Shown here: one piece after another, positions 9,567-19,225 of the stretch
Numbering within the stretch: position 1 is the stretch's first letter
How the letters are laid out: each line of letters opens with the position of its first letter
Source: a virus
Virus record (IMG/VR): IMGVR_UViG_3300021492_000072
DNA length: 64,000 bases
Direction: 5' to 3' (one strand)
Notes under the pieces: model-generated
The model's database searches: none
Told to the model about the DNA's origin: nothing
What the model saw: only the letters and a program-made list of their open reading frames with translations
Program-made: the position numbers and the translations under genes

Positions 9567-10100
9567 TTAAGCCCCAAGCGCGCTCCTTATTTGTTCGTAA
9601 AGCTTGGTGCCTTTCTTAGCAAGCCCAGCTTTATCGACACACACCTCAAACACAATGAACCCAGTACGAGGGTCAACAAGATCTACTAAGATAAGTGCGG
9701 CTTCATTTTTACTCTCAACGGGATTGAGTCTTGTATTTAAATAAGTCATGTAGGATTTGGGTTTCTTCATCCCTTTGGTTACATCCACAGGTTCTTCCTT
9801 CTTCATAAGCTGGATCAACTTTTTAAAGGCATCAGTGGTTTTAGGTTTGGCGGTCTCACGTACTAAATACTGAGCGAAGTTAGACTGCACGTAAGCGACG
9901 TCACCCATCACTCGATGTGCGGTCGCTAGTTTGTCAACCGGTCCTTCGAGCTTCACTGAAGATATGAGAGTCTCCTTTAGTGACTCAAAACTCTTGGGAT
10001 GAGTCGCGACGGCAACTAATCCAAGTCCCCGAGTGCCTAGAAAGACCGTGACTCGTGGATTTGCCTTCCCCACAGTTAACACAGAACCTTGCTTCTTCAT
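9567..10100 (-). CDS. Unknown protein, paralogue of the N-terminal half of 21192-22187
   Basis: Shared GPVDKLA, GDVAYVQSN and LNT..NP. Confidence 0.75.
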   Translation of the reverse strand: MKKQGSVLTVGKANPRVTVFLGTRGLGLVAVATHPKSFESLKETLISSVKLEGPVDKLATAHRVMGDVAYVQSNFAQYLVRETAKPKTTDAFKKLIQLMKKEEPVDVTKGMKKPKSYMTYLNTRLNPVESKNEAALILVDLVDPRTGFIVFEVCVDKAGLAKKGTKLYEQIRSALGA

Positions 10101-10106
10101 AGTGGC

Positions 10107-10466
10107 TTACCTCCTTTTAGATTTTTCCTCGATCTCTCTACGTCTCCGCCTCGCCTGCAAGTTAATCCCAGCAGCCGAAGCTGCTATAATGGCTCCTAGC
10201 ATACCCAACTTTTCCCCAAGAGCGCGGTAGCCGAGTGCTGCCATTGAGGTTTTGCACCGACTCGCTAAGAGTTCTCCACCCAAGAGTCCTATCGCTGCTA
10301 TACCCGCGCCAATTGTGGAAATCTTTTCACTCACTTTTTCGTCATTCGTCCACTTTTGATACGCTTTTATATTCTTCTCTTCGATGAATACACGCTTACC
10401 CGCTCTTGTTGTGACCCAAATACCTCTCTTTCCTCGAAAGGTTGTAATTTTTGGTTTCCTAGACAT
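10107..10466 (-). CDS. Small tagged membrane-hairpin protein
   Basis: ITTFRGKRGIWVTTRAGKRVFIEE followed by two Gly/Ala hydrophobic helices. Confidence 0.75.
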   Translation of the reverse strand: MSRKPKITTFRGKRGIWVTTRAGKRVFIEEKNIKAYQKWTNDEKVSEKISTIGAGIAAIGLLGGELLASRCKTSMAALGYRALGEKLGMLGAIIAASAAGINLQARRRRREIEEKSKRR

Positions 10467-10788
10467 TTTCTTCCTCCTTATATCTAGTTACTAGAGACAC
10501 GCCCGCGCCTGCGATTGCAATAGTAACGCCCATCTTGCTGAGTTTACTACCGAGTGCACGGTACCCAAACTTTGCAAAAGCAGTTCTACATTGTAACGCA
10601 AGTGACGCACCGCTCTTAACACCAACAGATGCTATAGCCGATCCGACACCGCTAACCCACCTAATGGCCTTTTTACTATTGGTCCATTTCTGATATGCTT
10701 TTATGTTCTTCTCTTCTATGAATACACGTCTGCCTGTCCTTAATGTGAACCAAGCACCTCTCTTCCCTCTATAAGTAGTGATCCTCAC
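10459..10788 (-). CDS. Small tagged membrane-hairpin protein (tandem paralogue)
   Basis: ITTYRGKRGAWFTLRTGRRVFIEEKNIKAYQKWTN nearly identical to its neighbour. Confidence 0.75.
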   Translation of the reverse strand: MRITTYRGKRGAWFTLRTGRRVFIEEKNIKAYQKWTNSKKAIRWVSGVGSAIASVGVKSGASLALQCRTAFAKFGYRALGSKLSKMGVTIAIAGAGVSLVTRYKEEENV

Positions 10789-10838
10789 GCTTCCTTTTTA
10801 AACTCCTATTGAAGGAGTAGTCAAGTTGTTATAAAGAA

Positions 10839-11114
10839 TCAGAGGTGAACCTTTGCAAGCAGTCGAACTATCTTTCCATGACTTTTCAACGACGGTGACT
10901 CCACGTACGCTTGAATTTCCCACTGCCCAGCTCTGTCAAAAACAACATTGTCTGCTTTTATCTTTGTGGGATTATCACCAAGGACAGTAGCGTCCCATGC
11001 GCCTGATTCTCCATTGGGTTTTTTATATTTTATTTTTTGTACAGACGTGCTAGACACGTCACATCCTACATCTAAAACAACATCTACTGTGTCACCTACA
11101 AAGACGTTAATCAT
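10839..11114 (-). CDS. Small Ig/BppU-like fibre partner, copy 1
   Basis: YKKPNG..G.W.A, FD.AGQWEIQAY; highly similar to 13690-13962. Confidence 0.7.
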   Translation of the reverse strand: MINVFVGDTVDVVLDVGCDVSSTSVQKIKYKKPNGESGAWDATVLGDNPTKIKADNVVFDRAGQWEIQAYVESPSLKSHGKIVRLLAKVHL

Positions 11115-11115
11115 C

Positions 11116-12414
11116 TTACAACCAACTGTCTAGCTCAATTTTATTAGTTATTTTACTGCTTTGTTCAAGTTCTTTAATTACTTTACTACTTAGCTCAAAT
11201 CCTTGAATCATTTTACTACTTAGCTCAAATCCTTGAATCATTTTACTACTTAGCTCAAATCCTTGAATCATTTTACTACTTAGTGCAAGCTCCTCTATTA
11301 CTTCACTACGTAGCTCAAACTCCCTAACTACTTCACTATCAAACTCAAGTTCTTCGGTTATCCCACTATCTGCTTCGAATTCTTCGACTACTTCACTACC
11401 TACCTCCAGTTTTTCAGTTACTTCACTACCTTCTTCGAACCCTTCAATTGCTCTGCTGTCTAACTCGAGCTTCTTCTCAAAGGGCAGCAATGGAGTGAGA
11501 ACTGTGTCGACACCCCATGAAGTGGAAAGAGCGAGCTTTTTGAGTAAGGCATCAATATCGTAGGCCAGGCCAGATAGTACTACATCGATGACGAATTCAA
11601 CAGTAATTTGAAGCTTTTGCAACAGAGCTGAGCAGGAATAACTAGTGTTGAGGTTTAACCGCTGTAATAGCGCGTTTATAGTTGCACTCTCCTCAAGTCC
11701 AAAAGACTGAAGTAGAGTGTCAATAACAGCTTGTACAAACTGCCTTTTTGACAGTAAAGTGTCGGCACTTAATTGTGCTTCTTGTGTTACAGTAAGGAGT
11801 GTGTCAATTGAGATACCCTGTGTCAAAGCTAGTTTTTGTAATAGTGTGTCGATGGTGCTTTCAGTTGATAAGTCTAAAGCTTTTAGGAAGGTATCAATCG
11901 TAATAGAGCTTGTTAGTTGTTTTGACAACAAGGCGCTTACTGTAGTTGATGTACTTAGATCTAACTTCTTGATCAGAGTGTCAACAGTTATGGACTCTTG
12001 AGGTGCGGCTCCAATAATAGTATCGATTGTTGTGGAAGTAGAAACGCCTAATTTTCTTAGTAACGAGTCAATTGTGGTTGAAGTTAAACCAAGCTTCTGG
12101 AGTAGTGTGTCAACCGTTGATGACGTTGTTAGTCCTAAAGCTTTCAGTAGGCCATCTACAGTGATGGATGAGAGAAGGGCTCCTTGTATGATGGCATCTA
12201 TGTCGAGCGCTTCTAACCCCTGTTTTTGTAACAAAACATCAACAGTAACTTGTCCTGACAAGCCAAGTGCTTGGAGCAAACTATCAACCGTGTAAGACGA
12301 TGTAGGGGCCTCACCAGGAGCCCTCATCACAGCATAATGACCGATATAGGTCCTCACGGGCCTGAGGCTCGTCTTGCTCTTCTTTGTTACAGGACATCCA
12401 TTGTAATTAGCCAT
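11116..12414 (-). CDS. Repeat-rich fibre/stalk protein
   Basis: About 16-aa [IV]D[TSA]LL[QK]K repeats, then 10-aa ELxS repeats. Confidence 0.7.
   Translation of the reverse strand: MANYNGCPVTKKSKTSLRPVRTYIGHYAVMRAPGEAPTSSYTVDSLLQALGLSGQVTVDVLLQKQGLEALDIDAIIQGALLSSITVDGLLKALGLTTSSTVDTLLQKLGLTSTTIDSLLRKLGVSTSTTIDTIIGAAPQESITVDTLIKKLDLSTSTTVSALLSKQLTSSITIDTFLKALDLSTESTIDTLLQKLALTQGISIDTLLTVTQEAQLSADTLLSKRQFVQAVIDTLLQSFGLEESATINALLQRLNLNTSYSCSALLQKLQITVEFVIDVVLSGLAYDIDALLKKLALSTSWGVDTVLTPLLPFEKKLELDSRAIEGFEEGSEVTEKLEVGSEVVEEFEADSGITEELEFDSEVVREFELRSEVIEELALSSKMIQGFELSSKMIQGFELSSKMIQGFELSSKVIKELEQSSKITNKIELDSWL
11182..11283. repeat. 30-bp tandem repeat, about 3.4 copies
   Basis: TTTACTACTTAGCTCAAATCCTTGAATCAT repeated; encodes ELSSKMIQGF. 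Confidence 0.95.
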
Positions 12415-12419
12415 AAGGT

Positions 12420-12581
12420 TTATTGTGGTCTTGTTTTAAAGCTCTTCGCTCCATTGAAGGACCTTTCAGATCTGGAACTTGATTTACCTTTTTTTAGCTG
12501 TTTTGATCCTCCCCACTGTCTTCCTACTCTCGCACTAAGCCCAGCCTTTTTTGTTACTGAGGAACCAGTATAGTTAGCCAT
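12420..12581 (-). CDS. 53-aa basic protein
   Basis: MANYTGSSVTKK start matches MANYNGCPVTKK of the next gene; ATG overlaps the upstream stop. Confidence 0.6.
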   Translation of the reverse strand: MANYTGSSVTKKAGLSARVGRQWGGSKQLKKGKSSSRSERSFNGAKSFKTRPQ

Positions 12582-13558
12582 TAGACACTCCTTGGTATAA
12601 TAATGACACTGTTGTTATAACAAACAAATACATCATAAGTAACTCCTCCATACTCGATTGTATCTTCGGAGACAACATTTTGTTTATTTTTATCTAAAGC
12701 ATATAGATGTTTGAAGTACCCCAAATAATCTGTATATGTAGTATTAGATACTGTTAGAAGAAGAGGCCAGAAAAATCTTTTACTATTTGGATATCTCTTG
12801 CTGTTAGAATCATCGGTAGGCCCAAATCTGGCAGCAGTATAGTTATAATTTTTTCCAACTACTCCATTATAGTAAAACTGGACACAACCAGAGTAAGAAC
12901 GGAATCTATAATCAGATATGAAATTTGGCATTGGATCTTCGCCTACTCGTGCCCCACTAGAGTATGAATTATTAAGGTGAGTAAAAGTAATAGTTGTGCC
13001 AGAAATAGAAGAAATTTGAGCTCTCTCACAGTTTTCATCATCCATAATCAGATAATACTCACCTTCCTCTAAAGGGTCTGTAGTGTCAACTTGAACTGAG
13101 ACACTATCTCCTGATGATATAGACGATTGGGTTATCGCATAGTCTGGATTATACACTGTGTCATAAATCCCACCGTACCAACAGTAGTAAGCGGCTCCAA
13201 CCAAAGTGATTACTACTACATGATCTTTATCCCCATAAAACCAATAGTTATGTACTGACCCACTAGAATAGATATAACTATAACTGTCTCCGCTTTCTTT
13301 CTTTCCGGTATGGTTTGTATTATCCCAACTTAAATACTGTCTTGTCTCTATACGGTGATATGAAGCGTTTTTAGTGAACTTAATGCAGATTTTCTGCTTG
13401 GTATTTTCCCCTGTACTGGTAACCACAAAGTAACCATTTCCACTTCGTTGGTCATCGTGATCGGTCCAGCCAACAGTGTTCACCAGAAAATCATGTAGCT
13501 TATCCAACAAGTCTGACTCGTCATTGGCTGAACCTTTTAACACTGTATGATAACTCAT
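12581..13558 (-). CDS. Putative virion/fibre-tip protein
   Basis: Tyr/Asn/Ser-rich beta protein; SD GGAGG; located in the fibre block. Confidence 0.6.
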   Translation of the reverse strand: MSYHTVLKGSANDESDLLDKLHDFLVNTVGWTDHDDQRSGNGYFVVTSTGENTKQKICIKFTKNASYHRIETRQYLSWDNTNHTGKKESGDSYSYIYSSGSVHNYWFYGDKDHVVVITLVGAAYYCWYGGIYDTVYNPDYAITQSSISSGDSVSVQVDTTDPLEEGEYYLIMDDENCERAQISSISGTTITFTHLNNSYSSGARVGEDPMPNFISDYRFRSYSGCVQFYYNGVVGKNYNYTAARFGPTDDSNSKRYPNSKRFFWPLLLTVSNTTYTDYLGYFKHLYALDKNKQNVVSEDTIEYGGVTYDVFVCYNNSVIIIPRSV

Positions 13559-13651
13559 AGCTTAACCTCCTTTGTCTAACGACAGCACGCACAGCGTGGG
13601 TACTCCGCTATGGGTAAGGGCAGTAGGTCTTTACCCTCTCTTTTATAGGCT

Positions 13652-13680
13652 CTTGTAACTGTTGTCACACATCTGGTCAA
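13652..13680 (-). promoter_or_regulatory. Sigma70-like promoter
   Basis: TTGACC-17nt-TACAAG. Confidence 0.45.
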
Positions 13681-13689
13681 GCGAGGAAC

Positions 13690-13962
13690 TTAAAGGTGAG
13701 TCTTCACAAGTAAATAGACTATCTTTCCATGACTTTTCAACGTTGTTGATTCTATATATGCTTGAATTTCCCATTGACCGGCTTTGTCAAAGACGACGTT
13801 GTCTGCCTCTATTTTTGTAGGATCATCACTAAGGGCGGCGTCCCACGCGCCTGTTTCCCCGTTAGGCTTTCTGTACTTTATCTTTCTCACAACCGCGTCA
13901 GATACGTCACATCCTACATTTAAGACAATATCTACTGAGTCACCTGCAAAGACGTTAATCAT
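13690..13962 (-). CDS. Small Ig/BppU-like fibre partner, copy 2
   Basis: Paralogue of 10839-11114. Confidence 0.7.
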   Translation of the reverse strand: MINVFAGDSVDIVLNVGCDVSDAVVRKIKYRKPNGETGAWDAALSDDPTKIEADNVVFDKAGQWEIQAYIESTTLKSHGKIVYLLVKTHL

Positions 13963-16900
13963 TTCGCAACCCAACTATCTAACTCAATTTTACCAGTTAT
14001 TCCACTGTCTAGTTCAAGCCTCTTAGTTACTTCACTATCTAACCCAAGCTTTCGCTTACAAAATACTAGTGGAATGAGAACCGTGTCAACGCTCCATGTA
14101 GTAGGAAGGGTAAGCTTTTTGAGCAGGACGTTAATGGGCAGCGTTTTGTAGTAAGCCAAACTGACCAACATTGTGTCGATGACAAATGAGGTAGTGATTT
14201 GGAGTTTCTGTAATAAGGCAGAACAAGAATAACTAGTGTCGAGGCCTAGTTTTCGTAGCAGAGCATCCACAGGCATACTCTCTTCAAGTCCGAGAGACAT
14301 GAGTAAAATGTCAATAACAGTTTGTGCTATTCGCTCTTTTGATAGTAGAACGTCAGTACTTAATTGTACTTCTCGTATGGTTGTGAGAAGGGTGTCAATT
14401 GGAAGACTTTGTGATAAAGCAAGCTTTTGTAACAACACGTCAATGGTGTTTTCGGTTGACAGGTTTAGAACCTTCAAAAGAGTATTGATTGTGATAGAAC
14501 CTATTAACTGCTTTGATAGTAAAGAATCAGCTTGGAAGGTCACAGAGTCGGTTTTCTGTAGCAAAGTGTCAACGGTTGCTGAGGTTGTAACTCCTAATTT
14601 TTTAAGTAACGCGTTGATAGTTATAGACTCTTGGAACGCGCCACCGATGACAACGTCAATAGTAACTGATGTGTCTAGGTCTAATTTCTTTAGCAATGAG
14701 TCAATCGTAGTAGAAGTAGGTAGGTCAATCGCTTTGAGTAAAGCATCTAAGGTCAGCTGTGTAGAAAAGAGTGTTTGTATTAGTGTATCAATAGAAACTT
14801 GTGAAGTAAGGCCAAGAGACTGAAGCAGTGTATTAATTGTGGTCGTACTAGTTAGGGTCTTTTGTAGCGAAGCGTCGATAGAAGCGGAGGTAGAGAGGCC
14901 CAGGCCTTGGAGTAAGCTGTCCACAGTCAGAGTACTTTGCTTAGTTAATTTAAGTAGGACGTCCAGAGTCACACCAGATGACAACGCTTTTTGTAACAAG
15001 ACGTCTATCGTGGTTGATGTATCAAAACCTAGCTTCTCAACCAAAGCGTCTATTGCGGCGCTGGAAGTTAAACCAATCTTTTGAAGTAATGTGTCGACGG
15101 ATGTTGAAGTTGTGATTCCTAATTTTTCAAGTAACGTGTTGATAGCTATAGATTCTTGGAACATAGCCCCAATGACGGCGTCAATAGAAACAGATGTGTC
15201 TAAGTCTAACTTCTTTAGTAAGGAATCAATCGTGGTAGAAGTAGGCAAATTAACTGCTTTGAGTAAAGTATCTAAAGTCATACTAGACGACAGTGTTTTT
15301 TGTAACAGAACGTCTATTGTGGCGCTAGAAGTTAAACCAATCTTTTGAAGTAATGTGTCAACAGCTGCTGAGGTTGTGATTCCTAGCTTCTGAAGTACTA
15401 TGTCGATAGTTACGGACTCTTGGAACATAGCTTTAATAACAGCATCGATCGTCGCAGAAGTGGAGAGCCCAAACTTTTTCAGCACCGAATCAATTGTGAC
15501 CGAAGTTAAACCAGCTGACTGAAGCACAGCATCTATGAGAACTTCGGTACTTAATCCTAGCTTTTGAAGCAAGCCATCTACTGTAAGAGAACTTTCCTTG
15601 ATCGACTGAAGTAAGGTGTCAATTGTTATTGTTGATGTAAACGTCTTCTGTAGTAAGGTGCTGACCGTAACACTTTGTGTCAGCCCTAATTTTTCGAGTA
15701 GTGTGTCAACTGTTGACGATGTTGTTAAACCCAGAGCTTTCAGTAGGCCATCTACGCTAAGCGCTGAAAGAAGTGCTTTTTGTAGTAAGGCATCTATATT
15801 AAGCGCTTCCTCTAAGTCCTGCTTCTGTAGTAGAACGTCAGTGGTGACTTGTTCGGTTAGCCCAAGGGCTTGAAGCAAGCTGTCGGTTGTGTAAGAGGTT
15901 GTGTAAGCAGCTGATACGTACTCATCCGCCCCAATGTCCCAAGTTCCACTCCTAGTTTCGCCATCTATGTCATCAGTGAAAGCCAGATTCGGATCAGAGG
16001 ATAAATCTACACCTGCATCCTTTGCACAAGTATCATTAGAGGCAAGATGGAAGTCATCATTGGCTTCATCTACAAAAGAAACTGTGCAAGTTTTTGAGTT
16101 AGCACCAGGGGCATCACCAGAGATATCTGAGATGTTGTAGTCAGAATCGGGGTCAAAATCACCATTATACCCATCAGTGCAATTTTGGACAAGATTATTT
16201 TTTGCCACAATATCTTGATAGCCTGATGAATAAATACCGACATTACAATTATAAATCGTGTTATTATAAGCATAAACCTTCTGCCCTGCTGTGCTTATCC
16301 TTGCATCAATTCCATCCGAACTGTTAAAATCATAAATAATATTGTTCCAAATTTTTACAGGACCTTCAGATGTATTCCCTATTATTCCTTTTGCTAAATT
16401 TCCATTACATCCCCAAATGATATTGTATGATACCTCATAATGAGGAGCATCCCTAACATCCAGAGCATGGTTATAATCACCAGGCCCCGTTTGTCTAATT
16501 TGAAGTCCCTCAATTTTTGTATAAGGTTCGTTGATATGAAGTGCATAAGAATCAGCGTTATTAACTATTCTATACTTACTATCGTTCCACTTTCCATCAT
16601 GCCGATATCCTTCACTTGGGTCAGTCCAGATTTTGATATAACGAGTAGCATCAGTATCCCAACCATCAACAGTCGCTCTATCATCTGCACTTCCACCCGT
16701 GCATCTACATTTAGCAACTGCTATCTCACCGTCTTGATAAGCGAAAGTATCTATATCACAAGACGCCCCAGAGTCATCACCAGTTATAGTATCATCAACA
16801 GTAGGAGTGCCGCTTGAGAGTTCATACCGCATATAAGAAGAATTATCTGTCTCGATCATCACTCCCGTTGCACCAGAGGGACTAAATGATAGAGTTTCGC

Positions 16901-17051
16901 CACCAGTAAACGTTCCACTATGATTAGAAGTATTAGCCCTCTGCATATTAGGCAGATTACGCTGTTCTCCTGCCTCCCAAGCAGAAAGAGAGGTGTAATC
17001 CGTTCCCGTACTATTATCTGGGTCAACCACTTTTACGACTTCAGTCGCCAT
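13959..17051 (-). CDS. Fibre/adhesin: parallel beta-helix head plus long DxLL repeat stalk
   Basis: NNIIY/NNTIY helix repeats, DFHL...DIDG..R..WDIGADE, dozens of DTLL repeats, ELDS C-terminus. Confidence 0.75.
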   Translation of the reverse strand: MATEVVKVVDPDNSTGTDYTSLSAWEAGEQRNLPNMQRANTSNHSGTFTGGETLSFSPSGATGVMIETDNSSYMRYELSSGTPTVDDTITGDDSGASCDIDTFAYQDGEIAVAKCRCTGGSADDRATVDGWDTDATRYIKIWTDPSEGYRHDGKWNDSKYRIVNNADSYALHINEPYTKIEGLQIRQTGPGDYNHALDVRDAPHYEVSYNIIWGCNGNLAKGIIGNTSEGPVKIWNNIIYDFNSSDGIDARISTAGQKVYAYNNTIYNCNVGIYSSGYQDIVAKNNLVQNCTDGYNGDFDPDSDYNISDISGDAPGANSKTCTVSFVDEANDDFHLASNDTCAKDAGVDLSSDPNLAFTDDIDGETRSGTWDIGADEYVSAAYTTSYTTDSLLQALGLTEQVTTDVLLQKQDLEEALNIDALLQKALLSALSVDGLLKALGLTTSSTVDTLLEKLGLTQSVTVSTLLQKTFTSTITIDTLLQSIKESSLTVDGLLQKLGLSTEVLIDAVLQSAGLTSVTIDSVLKKFGLSTSATIDAVIKAMFQESVTIDIVLQKLGITTSAAVDTLLQKIGLTSSATIDVLLQKTLSSSMTLDTLLKAVNLPTSTTIDSLLKKLDLDTSVSIDAVIGAMFQESIAINTLLEKLGITTSTSVDTLLQKIGLTSSAAIDALVEKLGFDTSTTIDVLLQKALSSGVTLDVLLKLTKQSTLTVDSLLQGLGLSTSASIDASLQKTLTSTTTINTLLQSLGLTSQVSIDTLIQTLFSTQLTLDALLKAIDLPTSTTIDSLLKKLDLDTSVTIDVVIGGAFQESITINALLKKLGVTTSATVDTLLQKTDSVTFQADSLLSKQLIGSITINTLLKVLNLSTENTIDVLLQKLALSQSLPIDTLLTTIREVQLSTDVLLSKERIAQTVIDILLMSLGLEESMPVDALLRKLGLDTSYSCSALLQKLQITTSFVIDTMLVSLAYYKTLPINVLLKKLTLPTTWSVDTVLIPLVFCKRKLGLDSEVTKRLELDSGITGKIELDSWVAK

Positions 17052-17566
17052 TACTGTCTCTGGTCAATAATTTTCAGATCTTTTGCGCTCATTTCTACTA
17101 TGCCTTTTTTCAAGTCGTTCTCAATCTTGCCAATGTCAACTCTATATCGCCTCCTAGCCACCGTATAAATTTCTGGTTCTTCTTCAATTCTTATATCATA
17201 ATCTTCTTCGCTTATGTTTATTCCAAAATGAGTTAACTCTTGAGCGGCCAACCTGCATTTCTCCAGACACTCTTTTTGTGCGGCATCTCTATCTGAGCTT
17301 GAAACAAAAACACCGAGCTTATCTGATAACGCAGTATACCTGGTCCCCAGACTTATCTCATGGGGTTGCACTAGGTGTCGTACATCTTTGATTTCTACAT
17401 CTTTTATGCGTAGAATGTAAAACTTTTGCTTGTTTAGCTCTTCTTTGCCCCATTTACAGGGACTGGGTTTAGCCACGACAACATATCCCTTTTTGTAACA
17501 ACCCCTCAGATCCTTCACTTCGTTTTGGTGGGTCACATCCGTGGCTTTCACAAGTAATTCAACCAT
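17051..17566 (-). CDS. Hypothetical protein of the fibre block
   Basis: Translationally coupled ORF. Confidence 0.6.
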   Translation of the reverse strand: MVELLVKATDVTHQNEVKDLRGCYKKGYVVVAKPSPCKWGKEELNKQKFYILRIKDVEIKDVRHLVQPHEISLGTRYTALSDKLGVFVSSSDRDAAQKECLEKCRLAAQELTHFGINISEEDYDIRIEEEPEIYTVARRRYRVDIGKIENDLKKGIVEMSAKDLKIIDQRQ

Positions 17567-17568
17567 AC

Positions 17569-17973
17569 CTAATCCCCCAACAATAAAATGAAATTCCCTG
17601 GTGTAGCAGGTTTGGGATATGGTATGTAGATCGTAGCCTCAGCTTTGTCTGACTCCTCGTCCGCATTTTTCGCAGTCAGACCGAAAGTGTAGTTTTGGCC
17701 AGGGATCACATCGTATGTAAAAGTTTCTTCGAAGCTTTTGGCACCAGCCTCATCACACTTTGAGGTGAACTCTTGAATTTCTGTCCAAGTGTCATCTGGG
17801 TTCTTCAGGTACAGTGTGAATCTTATCTCCCATTCAGGACAGTCGTAGTCCCACTTCGCTGTGAACTCTTCTGCTACAGACTCAGGGATAATAATGTGTG
17901 TGTGTACCACTGCCTGTGATAGTATAGGCAGAAGAAACAAAATAAAGGCTAATACAATAATAAACTTTCTCAT
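17569..17973 (-). CDS. Secreted fibronectin-III-like protein
   Basis: Signal peptide MRKFIIVLAFILFLL..SQA; W..., PGQNYTFGLTAKN..ES. Confidence 0.65.
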   Translation of the reverse strand: MRKFIIVLAFILFLLPILSQAVVHTHIIIPESVAEEFTAKWDYDCPEWEIRFTLYLKNPDDTWTEIQEFTSKCDEAGAKSFEETFTYDVIPGQNYTFGLTAKNADEESDKAEATIYIPYPKPATPGNFILLLGD

Positions 17974-18161
17974 TCTCTTACCCCCTTTCCGTAAAGTCTT
18001 CTAAACAACCTAACCATTTCATTCTTCACCTTCCTGTTGGGCCCAACATAAATCAGGGCCTCCATTTCTACAACCACCATCTCTTTCTTCCTCAATTGAA
18101 TCATATCATACCACACTTTTATCCACCACTCATCATCGTACTTCTCCAATCTCCACTTCAC
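17970..18161 (-). CDS. Small hypothetical protein
   Basis: Fills the gap between coupled genes. Confidence 0.35.
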   Translation of the reverse strand: MKWRLEKYDDEWWIKVWYDMIQLRKKEMVVVEMEALIYVGPNRKVKNEMVRLFRRLYGKGVRE

Positions 18162-18534
18162 TTACAGTTCCCTGCTCAGTGATCTCTAATCTCTTTTTTG
18201 AGTTCTCTAACACGTAGACAGTTGGCAGCCTAGCGACTCCGCTCTTACCATATTTGACCTTATTTCGTCGATAAATTTTAAAGTAACCGTCCACAACCGA
18301 AAGCTCATAAATAGGGTTGTTAGTTGGAATTACTAGCTTCCCCTTCTTCGTCAGTACGTGAAACATTCGCACACTAAAAGGGTACCATCCAATCTTCACT
18401 ATATCACCTTTAGGAATATCTCCGAAGTAGACTTCTGTTCCGTCAGGTGTAAACTGAGAAACAGCTAGCCCTGACTTGTACTGCACTATCCAAAAATAGA
18501 CTAACGGACGCTCTAGATCACCTTTAAATCTCAT
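18133..18534 (-). CDS. Hypothetical protein
   Basis: ORF overlapping the upstream stop. Confidence 0.6.
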   Translation of the reverse strand: MRFKGDLERPLVYFWIVQYKSGLAVSQFTPDGTEVYFGDIPKGDIVKIGWYPFSVRMFHVLTKKGKLVIPTNNPIYELSVVDGYFKIYRRNKVKYGKSGVARLPTVYVLENSKKRLEITEQGTVSEVEIGEVR

Positions 18535-19093
18535 CCCAGACGAATGTGTAGGTAATGTCAGCCTGTTCACCTTGTGTGGCATCAGAAGCAACCTTTACTT
18601 GAGTTACAATATGTTTAGTCCTCCCGGCAGAGGTATACTCTCCACTATCTACCTGCATCTTATTTGTCTCAGAATACGTGCTAATATCCGTGGTTGGGGT
18701 TGTCTGCCCATTGTAGTAGGAGTGTCCACTTGTCCCATCCTCAATCGCATCACCGGATGTACCCGGAGTACCAGTTGCCTGGTCATAGCTAGCATCGGGG
18801 CACCCATGATCGCCAGAGTCTCTTTGGCCAACCCTTACTTCACCACCCGTGCCAAGCGTCCACGAATACGAGCTTGGGTACCACCTGATATTGCTTACTT
18901 TAGTGAAAGTGCCTCCCGCGATGTTTAAACAATGTGACTTCCAATACGAGTAATTAAACCCACTAGATGGGATGGGGATAGGGTTACTAGTCCCTGGGTT
19001 GTAGTCGTCAGCGGTACAATACCGAGCCGCGGTTACCACCGACCAAGTGGGTCCTGATCCATTTCCTTCTCTGATTTCAACTGTTGCTGCCAT
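18524..19093 (-). CDS. Putative virion structural/decoration protein
   Basis: First gene of the block; very strong SD; Gly/Thr/Ser-rich; ends TFVWDEI. Confidence 0.6.
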   Translation of the reverse strand: MAATVEIREGNGSGPTWSVVTAARYCTADDYNPGTSNPIPIPSSGFNYSYWKSHCLNIAGGTFTKVSNIRWYPSSYSWTLGTGGEVRVGQRDSGDHGCPDASYDQATGTPGTSGDAIEDGTSGHSYYNGQTTPTTDISTYSETNKMQVDSGEYTSAGRTKHIVTQVKVASDATQGEQADITYTFVWDEI

Positions 19094-19130
19094 ACTCCTC
19101 CTCCTCCTCTTTATTGAGTTTTCTTCTTCG

Positions 19131-19159
19131 CTTGTAACCGCTGTTAGTCATTCAGTCAA
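19131..19159 (-). promoter_or_regulatory. Sigma70-like promoter
   Basis: TTGACT-17nt-TACAAG; divergent TTGACG at 19180. Confidence 0.45.
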
Positions 19160-19225
19160 GCGGCTTGTGAACTTACTTCTTGACGGTGAAACCAAAATCA
19201 TAGATATTATTGGACGGAGGTAGAC

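Noticed and set aside
13612-13644. Plus-strand hairpin with T-rich tail (GGGTAAGGGC...GTCTTTACCC)
   Set aside because: It faces against the local genes and has no supporting transcript; too weak to call.
11717-16140. Plus-strand ORFs with repetitive sequence
   Set aside because: They are antisense shadows of the DxLL repeat genes.
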